A stretch of 64,000 nt of DNA. It comes from Bacillota bacterium (GTDB lineage Bacteria > Bacillota > Clostridia > Tissierellales > MES13). The translations under genes and the position numbers were made by a program. Location: assembly GCA_009711785.1 (NCBI GenBank), contig VENA01000016.1, positions 476 to 64,475 on the forward strand. The letters are read 5' to 3'. Below, in pieces: positions 27,603 to 36,597 of this stretch. A model generated the notes under the pieces. That model was not told the origin of the DNA. It was given only the letters and a program-made list of their open reading frames with translations, and did not search any database. Numbering within the stretch: position 1 is the stretch's first letter; the number at the start of each line of letters is the position of its first letter.

Positions 27603-29306
27603 TTATCCCATTTGCTGTGATAACCAAGAACTTTGACTATTCATCTTATTTATAGCTTGCTCCATTGCTGTAAATTCACTATAGTATCTACTTTCAACTC
27701 TATTTAAACGATCATTCATATCAACTATTCTCTTTTCAACATTAAACATATCTTCAGTTAACATACTTATGCTATTAAAATCAGATACAAACTTAAGTAG
27801 CATCTCCGCTTTTACATCCCTATATAAATCAGCACTATCTCCAGGACCAGATTTAGCTATAATTTGCTGCATCCCCCCTGCTAAGTTATCATATAATCTA
27901 TTTATAAGTCCACTTTCTTCTCTCTTTTGTTTAATCTGATCTGAAGTTAAGTTCTTTTCAAAGCTTGTTCTTAATGTAACATCTTCTGGTTGTTTGAAAA
28001 AAAGTTCTAATACGCTATCAACATCTTCACTAATAGCTTCTTTTAATTGATCTGGATCTTTAATGGTTAATTTCCCATAGCTTGTACCACTAGACCAACT
28101 TTCAGTTGTTATACCTATCTCAGTTAACTGATCAAATTGACCATCAACTCCTTTAACTTCCTGATACATCCCACTTCTTACTGTATCCATAGTACCTTGT
28201 ATTATCATATCATTTTTTAGTAACCCACTTTTAGCTTTTTCTTCCCAAAGCTCTACATTATCATCAGACATTGCTTGTTTTTCTTCATCTGAAAGTGGTT
28301 TATAATCTCTATATCTTTTCTCTCCTAATATTTTTCTAGTATCAACAACTAGTTTATTATATTTTTCAATAAAGCCTTCTATCTTTTCATATACTGAATC
28401 CACATCAGTATCTACATTTACAGTTATATTATCAGCTGAAGTTCCTTTTAAGTTAAAGTTAATACCATTTATTTCAAAGTTATTTGATTGTTTCTCTATT
28501 CCTGTAGCTCCGTTAAAATTCATCTTAGCATTTTGACCCTCATAAAGATCTCCATCAGTAAGACCTAGTTTTAATTTATCTCCTGCTCCTGATAGAAAAT
28601 CAATATGATTTGCATCCTTAACATATACCCCTGCACCATCATCATAAATTCCTTGATGTATTTTAACATTATTTGATTTTCCTGTGTCATCTGTTTGCAA
28701 GAAAAATCTATCTATTTCACTTTCATATATTGCTGTTACACCTAAGTCTGCATTATTAATATCACTCACAACATCCTTTAAAGTAGTTTCATTTAATTTA
28801 GATTCGCTAGTGGAACTATAGGTAAATGTTTCACTTTTAGTTCCATCCTCTGTTTCTATAGTAAATTCTATAACATCATTATCTGAGTCTAAACTAAATT
28901 GTGTTGCTAAACTCGTCTTATCTCCACTTGATATATTACTATCACTTGCTGCTGAAAAGTTATCAGCAAGTTGTGTTACCTTAATATCATAACTACCATC
29001 TATAGCTGATGTATTACTACTTACACTAACTACACTTTCATCTGATGATGTTGCAGATTTAACCCAGTCTGATCTATCAAGTGCACTAGATACAGTAACT
29101 CCGTTATCTAATCCAAAATCTTCTCTTGTTTCTAGCACAAAATTAGCGAAATCTTTATTTAAGTCATTATATCTTTCTTGTTTCCATTCTATTATTTGTT
29201 TATCCTGTTCTAATTTAGTAAGCTTTGTTTTTTCAGCTTTCATAAGCTCACTAACCATACTATCAATATCCATTCCTGATGCTAATCCACTTATTTGTAA
29301 ACTCAT
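27603..29306 (-). CDS. fliD: flagellar filament cap protein FliD
   Basis: MSLQISGLASGMDIDSMVSELMKAEKTKL at the N-terminus and a conserved C-terminal coiled coil (RYYSEFTAMEQAINKMNSQSSWL). Confidence 0.95.
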   Translation of the reverse strand: MSLQISGLASGMDIDSMVSELMKAEKTKLTKLEQDKQIIEWKQERYNDLNKDFANFVLETREDFGLDNGVTVSSALDRSDWVKSATSSDESVVSVSSNTSAIDGSYDIKVTQLADNFSAASDSNISSGDKTSLATQFSLDSDNDVIEFTIETEDGTKSETFTYSSTSESKLNETTLKDVVSDINNADLGVTAIYESEIDRFFLQTDDTGKSNNVKIHQGIYDDGAGVYVKDANHIDFLSGAGDKLKLGLTDGDLYEGQNAKMNFNGATGIEKQSNNFEINGINFNLKGTSADNITVNVDTDVDSVYEKIEGFIEKYNKLVVDTRKILGEKRYRDYKPLSDEEKQAMSDDNVELWEEKAKSGLLKNDMIIQGTMDTVRSGMYQEVKGVDGQFDQLTEIGITTESWSSGTSYGKLTIKDPDQLKEAISEDVDSVLELFFKQPEDVTLRTSFEKNLTSDQIKQKREESGLINRLYDNLAGGMQQIIAKSGPGDSADLYRDVKAEMLLKFVSDFNSISMLTEDMFNVEKRIVDMNDRLNRVESRYYSEFTAMEQAINKMNSQSSWLSQQMG

Positions 29307-29317
29307 TTTCTACCTCC

Positions 29318-29644
29318 CTATGCTCTTTTGTCTACTAGAAGTCCTGCCATTTGCATAAACTCTGCAACCATATCTAAAATTTTCTCTGGTGGCACTTCTC
29401 TAATTACTTCATCTGTATCTGAATCTATAACCTTTATCATTATATCCTTAGTTTCTTTATGTATTGAAAATTCAAATCTTCTATTATCTATAGTTAAATT
29501 TTCATTAGAATCCTTTATTTCATCTATTACATTTCCTCTGCTGTTATCTTCCTTCACCTTTTCTTTTACATTTAAACCTTTATCTCTTTTAAACTCCTTA
29601 GTTTTACTTATGTTTTTACTTTCAGACATCCCAGTAATCTCCAT
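29318..29644 (-). CDS. flaG: flagellar protein FlaG
   Basis: 108 aa. FEFSIHKETKDIMIKVIDSDTDEVIREVPPEKILDM is the FlaG family signature. Lies upstream of fliD. Confidence 0.85.
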   Translation of the reverse strand: MEITGMSESKNISKTKEFKRDKGLNVKEKVKEDNSRGNVIDEIKDSNENLTIDNRRFEFSIHKETKDIMIKVIDSDTDEVIREVPPEKILDMVAEFMQMAGLLVDKRA

Positions 29645-29741
29645 ACCTTTCCCCCTTACTTAACATATCTTTAGTTTGTTACAGAACTCTACAACTCACT
29701 TATTTACTACTTTTCTTATATTAAAATGGCTTAGTTTACCC

Positions 29742-29788
29742 TATTTTTGGGTATATATACAATAGTAAATTGTATATAACCCAAAATA
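29742..29788. repeat. long imperfect palindrome (TATTTTTGGGTATATATACAAT / ATTGTATATAACCCAAAATA) at the junction of the flaG upstream region and the IS pseudogene
   Basis: Read directly. Its T-run precedes the stem and its A-run follows it, which is the opposite of a terminator. Confidence 0.5.
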
Positions 29789-29792
29789 AAAA

Positions 29793-30867
29793 ATGAAAAT
29801 GGAGAAACTTATGCCAATTTCAGCTAAACAAATAACTTTTTTAAATATTTCTACTAAATTTAATAAGTTTTTTAATCAAAATAATTTACACTCTCTACTT
29901 AACGAATTTATTGATATTAGTGACTTTATTCCTTTTTCTTTTTATCGAAAGTATTATTCTAAATTTGGCCGAAAAAGAAATTTTTCTCTTGTATCTATGA
30001 TTAATGCTTTTATTATTAAAAACATTTTTTCTATTCCTACTGTTGATCTTTTAATTATTTTTCTTCAGACTCCTTCTGAACTCCCTTGACTTTTGTGGTT
30101 TTTCAACTGTTCCTAATAAGTCACAGTTCTCTAAATTAAAATCATCTTATTTTGAGAATCTTAATGCTTTATTTCATAATCTTGTTAATATTGCTCAAAA
30201 TTTATCTAAAACTGTTAGTCCTTTTTTTGCTTCTATACTAATTTTTGATACTACTGATTTTGAAGCCTATGTTTAAGAAAATAATCCTAAATTTTATCAA
30301 TCATATATCCGGAACCCAAACCTTACGCTAAAAAACTTAATAAACATAACAAAGAATAATTCTTTGTTATTGAAAAATATACTCAAAGTTAAATGACTAA
30401 ATTTCCTTCTTCTAATAATGATGCTAAGTTAGCTTTTCTTAATGGACATTTCAATTATTATTTGAAATGTAATATTGCTACTAATGGTCTTAGCGTTGTA
30501 AGAGATATTAATTTCTATAATTTTGATAACAATATTGAGCTTGATTTAAGAACCAAGAAATCAAAGGTTATATGATTCTAAATCTTTGTTTCCTTCTCTT
30601 GAAACTTTTTTTCAATTGCACCCTAATTTTTATTTTAAATACTTTTTAAGTGATTCTGGTTTTGATGCTGATGATAACTATGCCTTTTTACATAGTAATC
30701 ACATCATGCCCATTAGCAACTTAAATCCCCGTAATGCTTCTTCTTTACCTCAACCTAATTTTAATGAAGTTGGCGTTCTTCTTTGTCCTAAGGATGATTC
30801 TAGGTTGTCAACCCTTTTTAGGACACTTTTTTCTCGGACATTAATATTCTATATTCCACAGATGTAA
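29793..30867 (+). pseudogene. IS1182/IS4-like DDE transposase pseudogene (multiple stops/frameshifts, 3'-truncated)
   Basis: Three ORF fragments (29793-30089, 30393-30575, 30586-30867) join into one reading of transposase-like sequence. It includes FDTTDFEAYV(stop)ENNPKF (first catalytic D region) and LSDSGFDADDNYAFL (second D region). In-frame stops fall at about 30088, 30274 and 30392. Confidence 0.7.
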
Positions 30868-30874
30868 GATAATT

Positions 30875-31100
30875 TTATGATCCATGTATTCTGTAATTAT
30901 TGTACCAATTTACATAATCAAATAATAGATATTCTAACTCCTCAAAACTTTCAAATATCTTATTAAAACCAACCTCTGTTTTAAATACTTTAAAAGTAGC
31001 TTCTACTACAGCATTATCATAGGGGCATCCTTTTTTACTCAATGAACATTCAATATTAAAGGCTGTTAATAATCCATCTATAGATTTATTTTTAAAATCG
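30875..31100 (-). pseudogene. IS3-family transposase (OrfB, integrase core) C-terminal fragment
   Basis: CSLSKKGCPYDNAVVEATFKVFKTE...YVNWYNNYRIHGS is the conserved end of IS3 DDE transposases. The N-terminal two thirds of the protein are absent. Confidence 0.75.
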
Positions 31101-31104
31101 ACTA

Positions 31105-31802
31105 AAGAAAAAGGATTGCTCCCTTTCCCTCGTCTAAGAACCGTATATGAGAGTTTCCCTCTCATACGGCTCAAGCATTTCTTCACCCTTTCAAGCAGCA
31201 TTTAGTGATTTTAATATCATCCTTCTTTTTGTAAAAGATTCTTTATTTAAGAAGAGGTTTTTAAAAATTTGTAATTTGGGATGACGGATGATTTTTATTT
31301 CTTTCATCTCTATAAGACTATATTCATCTGTCATGAATAACCATCTTTTCATATCCTTTTCATGCCAATATTTATTAAGTCTCCACTAGGTGCTTTTATT
31401 AGGCTATCTACTTTTGACCATTGTTTTAATAAGAGATATAGTGTGTTATTGATGGATGAAAATGCTTGACTTGCAACCACATGTTTATGGTAATTAGACC
31501 ATCCTCTTATCACTTGATTTAATCTAAAAATTAGTTGGGATTGAGTGAGTGCTTTTCCTTATTTAAGAATTATAGTAGAGCATTTTCTTATCAGAGTTTT
31601 TATTGAATTCTTTGATGGTTTAATGATTAATTTCCCTTTAAACTTACGAAATGTCTACCCCAGAAAATGGAATCCTTTATCTATATCAGTAATTATTGTT
31701 TTCTCTTCGGACAAAGTTAATCCTCTGCTTTGAAGAAATTCACTTACCAATATTTTAAGTTCTTCTGCTATTTCTTTTGTATTTGCTGTAATCACAAAGA
31801 GA
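31105..31802 (-). mobile_element. group II intron remnant B: decayed RT/maturase ORF (from just after YADD) plus intact-looking domain V/VI
   Basis: Minus-strand translation FVITANTKEIAEELK...GFHFLG(stop)TFRKFKGKLIIKPSK...LNQVIRGWSNYHKHVV...KYWHEK...IIRHPKL..NLFLNKESFTKRR, with stops and a frameshift. Domain V is GAGCCGTATGAGAGGGAAACTCTCATATACGGTTC at about 31141-31175. Confidence 0.75.
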
Positions 31803-32520
31803 GTAGACCTAGGGAACCTCCCCCTAAGTCTCTCGCAGAACTGTACGTGAACCTCTCAGCTCATACAGCTCCCATTATCCAGCCGCTGTTAAAATGCCTA
31901 ACTTCCAGTGTGCAAACAATTTCTTATCACGTTTTGCTATATTTCCAAGCCAATGTTCTGCTCTACGTCTCGATTTACGTTTCTTATATTTCCTACGAAC
32001 CCATTTAACGAAACATCCATTGATGTACCTTAGTACATCATATATTTCAGACTTGTAAAAGTGAGTGTAATAGTTTATCCAACCTTGTATCTTTCGGTTG
32101 AACATGTTTGCAATAACGTTCAGAGTCTTATCTGATTTTAGTTGCAACTTCCAACTTTTCACTTCTTTTCTTATGGCTTTCTTCGCTTTCCACTCATTGC
32201 TGGCAAGAAATTTGTAAAGAATTTACCAAATTTGTCCTTCGCATGTCTTGGTCTAAATGTATAGCCTAGAAAATCAAAAGATGTGTATTCATGATTACCT
32301 TTACGGTCTTCATCTTTACAATAAACAATTCTAGTTTTCTCTAGATTTAATTCTAGTCCCAATAATGCAAAGCGTTCTTTCAGTCTTCTCAACAGATACT
32401 TCGCTTGTTTTAGTGATACACAGTGCGTTACGCCATCATCAGCATATCTTACCCACTGTATTGTGTAAAATTCTTTTGTCATAAAATCATCAAAAGCATA
32501 ATGTGAAAATAGATTTACAA
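31803..32520 (-). mobile_element. group II intron remnant A: 5'-truncated, frameshifted RT/maturase ORF plus domain V/VI and a 3' end
   Basis: NLFSHYAFDDFM..IQWVRYADDGVTHC...LELNLEKTRIVYCKD...FDFLGYTFRPR (RT domains 4-7), then after one frameshift KAKKAIRKEVKSWKLQLKSDKTL..IQGWINYYTHFYKS (domain X). Domain V is GAGCTGTATGAGCTGAGAGGTTCACGTACAGTTC at about 31838-31871. A domain VI-like helix ends near 31803. Confidence 0.75.
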
Positions 32521-32606
32521 GAAAATGTTAAATTGTTTATTGTTAACAGTCTCCAAACATAGAATTTATGCTTTTTATTTATATGTTAAGTATTATTTTA
32601 CTAAGA

Positions 32607-34526
32607 TTATTCACTTGAATTATTAATTAATTTTAAAATTGATAAAACTTGAAATGTTGCTTCAAAATCATCCCATTGATTCACCTTTTCTTCGAACCAT
32701 TTAATTATTAGTATGCTACTACGACTAAGAGGTAAGTACTTATTACTATTTAAAATCTCTGAAATTTTACTTAAATCTTTTTTAGCCTCTTCATTTAGAT
32801 CATAAAAAGCCATCGTTTTAGCTCTCTTAAAATAAGCTTCAACTTTAAGACTAGTGTTTAAAGGTTTATCTTTTAATTCTTTAAATATATCATCTATCGG
32901 GAATTCATACATTTTCTTCAATACTTTTTTATGGTATTTTAATGTTTTGTTATGAACATCTGAAATAGATATCCGATCAGCACTAGAACCTCGTATTCCA
33001 TCATGTAACCTGTAGTATACAGTTGGAATTCTCAACTCTCCAACATTAAAAAAACGTGCAATTCTTACCCACATATCATAGTCTTGTGCTCTCACCAGAC
33101 TTTCATCCCAATCGCCTACCTTAGTATAGCATTTTCTCTTAGCTATTACAGTTGGAGAGTGAAAAAAAGATCCTCTAAGTTTTCTTTTTAATATATCTTT
33201 TTGTTTTATAGACTCTGCTTCCCAATAGTCCACAATCTTTTTGTAACCACTATCTTGTTTAAAAACTATAGCAGAAGTATGAATAATGTCTAGTCCAGGG
33301 TTTTCTTTAAACTTCTTAATTTGTAATTCTAACTTCATCGGTAATGCAATATCATCGTCATCAAATACCCATATATAATCTCCTTTTGCATACCTCATGG
33401 CATAGTTTATTGCACTAGATTTACCACCATTTTCTTTTTTTAAATAAATTATTTTATCCATATAAGGTTGTAACACCGTTTCTGTACTATCAGTCGAACC
33501 ATCATTAACTACAATAATCTCATAATTCTTATATGTTTGATTCAATACACTATCTAGAGCACTATTTATATAGTCTTCTCGATTAAATGTAGGTACAATC
33601 ACCGTCACCATTTCATCATATTCACAGACTTTTTCGGGCAAAGGTGGAATGAAATTTTGTGATCGTTTCCATATAACTTCCTTATTCATAGATACATCCT
33701 TTTTATGATTTATTATCCACCCCATTACCCATTCACTTGGTATATTATTAATCCATTTAACACTAGTATTTATATGCTTATTTATAAGACTATTCAAAAT
33801 ATCTTTATTAAAAATTCTTACATGTTCAGGATCAGGAATCCTATAACCATTTGGTACGCTAATGATTATCTTTCCTTTTGGTTTACAAACTCTGATTGCT
33901 TCTTTTATTGCCTTTTCAGGCGAATCAACATGTTCTAAAACTTCTGCTAGCAAAACAGTATCAAATGTATTATCATCTAAATCTAAATTCTCTCCATTAC
34001 TCAATTTAAATCTAGAATTAGTTAATCCTAACATTCTGCTTTTATACCTAGCTATTTCTATAGCAACTGGATCTATATCTATACCATAATGTTCAATACC
34101 ATGCGCTGCAATTACAGTAGACAAGTCTCCATTTGCACATCCAATTTCAAGAACTTTTCCTTCACATAGTGGTGCTGTTATAGCAATTCGAATTCTTTCA
34201 TTTTTATTTCGAGATCTTTTATAATTCCTCCATTTCTCATGCAGATCTTTATCATTAACAGTCCGAATATATTTAGTTATTTGATCTTTAAAAAAATTTT
34301 CAGTTAAATGTTTTTTTCCTTCAAGTGTATTCATATAGTTCTCTGCTACATCAGATAGCCCTAATGATGATGCAAATATACCAAGCTGACAAAATAATCT
34401 AGTATCTTTGGGATGTCTTCTTAATTCTACATAAACAATATTATATGCACTAAAATAATCTTTTTGATAAAATAATTTTATTGCTTCTCTTAACCTTTCT
34501 TTTTTTATACCATTATTATAAGTCAT
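32607..34526 (-). CDS. tripartite TPR-like / class I SAM-methyltransferase / family-2 glycosyltransferase protein (putative flagellin glycan modification enzyme)
   Basis: Methyltransferase motif I VLEIGCANGDLS and LLAEVLEHV. GT2 motif VTVIVPTFNREDYINSALDSVLNQTYKNYEIIVVNDGSTDST with a DDD acidic motif (VFDDDDI). Located two genes downstream of fliC. Confidence 0.75.
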   Translation of the reverse strand: MTYNNGIKKERLREAIKLFYQKDYFSAYNIVYVELRRHPKDTRLFCQLGIFASSLGLSDVAENYMNTLEGKKHLTENFFKDQITKYIRTVNDKDLHEKWRNYKRSRNKNERIRIAITAPLCEGKVLEIGCANGDLSTVIAAHGIEHYGIDIDPVAIEIARYKSRMLGLTNSRFKLSNGENLDLDDNTFDTVLLAEVLEHVDSPEKAIKEAIRVCKPKGKIIISVPNGYRIPDPEHVRIFNKDILNSLINKHINTSVKWINNIPSEWVMGWIINHKKDVSMNKEVIWKRSQNFIPPLPEKVCEYDEMVTVIVPTFNREDYINSALDSVLNQTYKNYEIIVVNDGSTDSTETVLQPYMDKIIYLKKENGGKSSAINYAMRYAKGDYIWVFDDDDIALPMKLELQIKKFKENPGLDIIHTSAIVFKQDSGYKKIVDYWEAESIKQKDILKRKLRGSFFHSPTVIAKRKCYTKVGDWDESLVRAQDYDMWVRIARFFNVGELRIPTVYYRLHDGIRGSSADRISISDVHNKTLKYHKKVLKKMYEFPIDDIFKELKDKPLNTSLKVEAYFKRAKTMAFYDLNEEAKKDLSKISEILNSNKYLPLSRSSILIIKWFEEKVNQWDDFEATFQVLSILKLINNSSE

Positions 34527-34542
34527 TTTATAATTATCTCCT

Positions 34543-36492
34543 TTAACTATTAATATACATTTTCTTAATCCAAAAGCTATCAGGATAATAATTTAACGCT
34601 AATTTAATTACTTCCTCTAGATCTTTAAATTCTTTTTTTCTATATAACAATTCCATAACAATTTTAAATATTCTAAAGTCATTATGTCCAGTTTCTAGTG
34701 AACGTAATGCTGTTACTAATGCATCATCATAAGCTTCTTTTTGATAAAGTACATTAACAATATTAAATACTGTTTCACTATCACATGTATGAATATTTTT
34801 AATTTCTTTATAAAATTCAATTGCTATTTCTATAAAGTCGTACTTAACAAGTAAATTTCCTATTTTACCATTGATATGTGAAATTCCTGTACAATATTTT
34901 TGAAAAGTTAACTTTTCAAAAATATCAAACTGTCTATATTGCAAGCATTTTTCTAACATATTTATAAAATATTTTTCTTCTATTTTTTCATACGAATTAT
35001 TATTTATTACAAAATCAATAAACTTATTCATTTGTAAATGTTCATCATGACTTTTAGAAATATTAATATCGAATTTAATATTCCTTACTAGCAATTTTAA
35101 TATGATAACATCATAAAAATCAAAATACCCTTTTTTAATTATATATATTAACTCCTTACTCCTCATTTTATCAATAATCTTTTCTATCTTATTTATGTTA
35201 TTTTCTAATATATATATTTTTAATAAATATGCATTCTTAATAACTTCTTTTCCATCAAAAGAACTTATAAAGATTTTAGCTAGTTTAAACTGTGCATTCT
35301 CTATTAATATCCTAACTAACTGTAGAATATCATTAGAACTTTTAATAAACCCCTGTGCGCTAATATAATCAGCCAGTTCTTCAGGCGAATTTGTTCTATT
35401 CAAAATGTATAATATTTTTTTTAATATTGCTAAGTTGTTTCGATTATAAGATAAAACTTTAGTAAATTTATTCATTGCATTCTTATATTCTGATTTTATA
35501 TAATAAATCTCCCCTAAAAGTTCATAAGGGTTTGAGTATAGATAATCTAAACTCATTAAAGGTTTATCATACCTCTCTTTATCTTGAGTAAGCTCTATTA
35601 ACTCCTTGATAGCATCATCATATCGATGTTGAAGATAATAAATATATCCTTTTAAAAACTTCAGCTCTGGAGATTTACACCATATATTCATAGCATCTTT
35701 AACTACTACCAAAGAGTCTCTAAAGCGTTCCAACTCATTTAAAGTATGAATAATCTGAATAACTGTATATGATACCCAAGATAAATGTATGTTACTTTTT
35801 AATTGAAAGGCTTTCTTATAATACCTCAATGCTTTTTCATACTCTTGAGTAGCAGAGTATTCATTGGCTAAATTGAAATAGTCAAATGGATTAGAAGTTT
35901 TTTTTATTTCTTCTTTTAATATATTCATATTTCTTTTTGACTTTTCTTTCTCTTTAAACGTCTGTGTTAAATATCCTGAATGATATATAATAAGTTTAGA
36001 TATGGATTCTATAAATTCTTTTCCTTTAGATTGATTTTTTATTAATTGTTCATGTATAGGTCTAGAATAACGAATATTTCCATCATTTTTATAGATTCTT
36101 TCATGATAGTGTTGGGATGTAAATTGCCCATTCCAACCCGAAAAGTTTAATATCTTAACTGAATATATATCATAAGCGTCTTCATCATTTTTTATTTGCT
36201 CTTTCATATCTTTCAAATTACTTCTATCAACATATTCATCTGCATCTAAAGCTAAAATCCATTCTCCACTAGCTTTTGAAGCAGCAAAGTTTCTAGCCTT
36301 CGAAAAATCATTTACCCACTGAAAATCATATACCTTATTAGTGTACTCCTTTGCAATTTTCTTACTGTTATCTCTAGATCCCGTATCTACAATGACAACT
36401 TCATCTACTATACCTTTAACTGAGTCTAAGCAACGTCTTAAAACTTTCTCTTCATCTTTTATTATCATGCATAATGTAATAAATGGTTTCAT
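34543..36492 (-). CDS. family-2 glycosyltransferase with long C-terminal TPR array (putative flagellin glycosyltransferase)
   Basis: GT2 N-terminus ITLCMIIKDEEKVLRRCLDSV...VIVDTGSRDNS...LALDADEY followed by about 450 aa of TPR-like repeats. The ATG at 36492 (MKPFITL) is preceded by GAGGTG. The ORF-track start at 36537 lies inside a palindrome. Confidence 0.8.
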   Translation of the reverse strand: MKPFITLCMIIKDEEKVLRRCLDSVKGIVDEVVIVDTGSRDNSKKIAKEYTNKVYDFQWVNDFSKARNFAASKASGEWILALDADEYVDRSNLKDMKEQIKNDEDAYDIYSVKILNFSGWNGQFTSQHYHERIYKNDGNIRYSRPIHEQLIKNQSKGKEFIESISKLIIYHSGYLTQTFKEKEKSKRNMNILKEEIKKTSNPFDYFNLANEYSATQEYEKALRYYKKAFQLKSNIHLSWVSYTVIQIIHTLNELERFRDSLVVVKDAMNIWCKSPELKFLKGYIYYLQHRYDDAIKELIELTQDKERYDKPLMSLDYLYSNPYELLGEIYYIKSEYKNAMNKFTKVLSYNRNNLAILKKILYILNRTNSPEELADYISAQGFIKSSNDILQLVRILIENAQFKLAKIFISSFDGKEVIKNAYLLKIYILENNINKIEKIIDKMRSKELIYIIKKGYFDFYDVIILKLLVRNIKFDINISKSHDEHLQMNKFIDFVINNNSYEKIEEKYFINMLEKCLQYRQFDIFEKLTFQKYCTGISHINGKIGNLLVKYDFIEIAIEFYKEIKNIHTCDSETVFNIVNVLYQKEAYDDALVTALRSLETGHNDFRIFKIVMELLYRKKEFKDLEEVIKLALNYYPDSFWIKKMYINS

Positions 36493-36523
36493 TTTTTTCA
36501 CCTCAAATTTTATTCTTTCGTTT

Positions 36524-36556
36524 ATAAGAATTACCATTTCAAATGGTAATTCTTAT
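36524..36556. repeat. perfect 33-nt palindrome ATAAGAATTACCATTT-C-AAATGGTAATTCTTAT between the fliC terminator and the glycosyltransferase gene
   Basis: Read directly: 16-bp arms with no mismatch and no U-tract after it on the minus strand. Confidence 0.8.
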
Positions 36557-36562
36557 AAACAA

Positions 36563-36585
36563 GCAACCCTCTAAATGAGGGTTGC
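36563..36585 (-). terminator. Rho-independent terminator of fliC
   Basis: GCAACCCTC-attta-GAGGGTTGC followed by TTGTTTAT on the minus strand, 13 nt after the fliC stop. Confidence 0.8.
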
Positions 36586-36597
36586 AAATAACATATA

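Noticed and set aside
29742-29788. Long palindrome upstream of the IS pseudogene considered as the flaG operon terminator or promoter element
   Set aside because: Its T-run precedes and its A-run follows the stem on both strands, which is the wrong polarity for an intrinsic terminator. It more likely belongs to the terminal region of the decayed IS. I list it as a repeat only.
30875-31201. 108-aa minus-strand ORF taken as an intact gene
   Set aside because: Its N-terminal 35 codons are a translation of the group II intron domain V/VI RNA (SRMRGKLSYTVLRRGKGSNP). The rest is only the last third of an IS3 transposase. It is a chimeric reading frame across a junction, not a functional CDS.
31545-32008. 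Two plus-strand ORFs (62 and 92 aa) in the intron region
   Set aside because: They are antisense to recognisable RT/maturase-coding remnants and to domain V. They have no SD and no similarity to anything I recognise.
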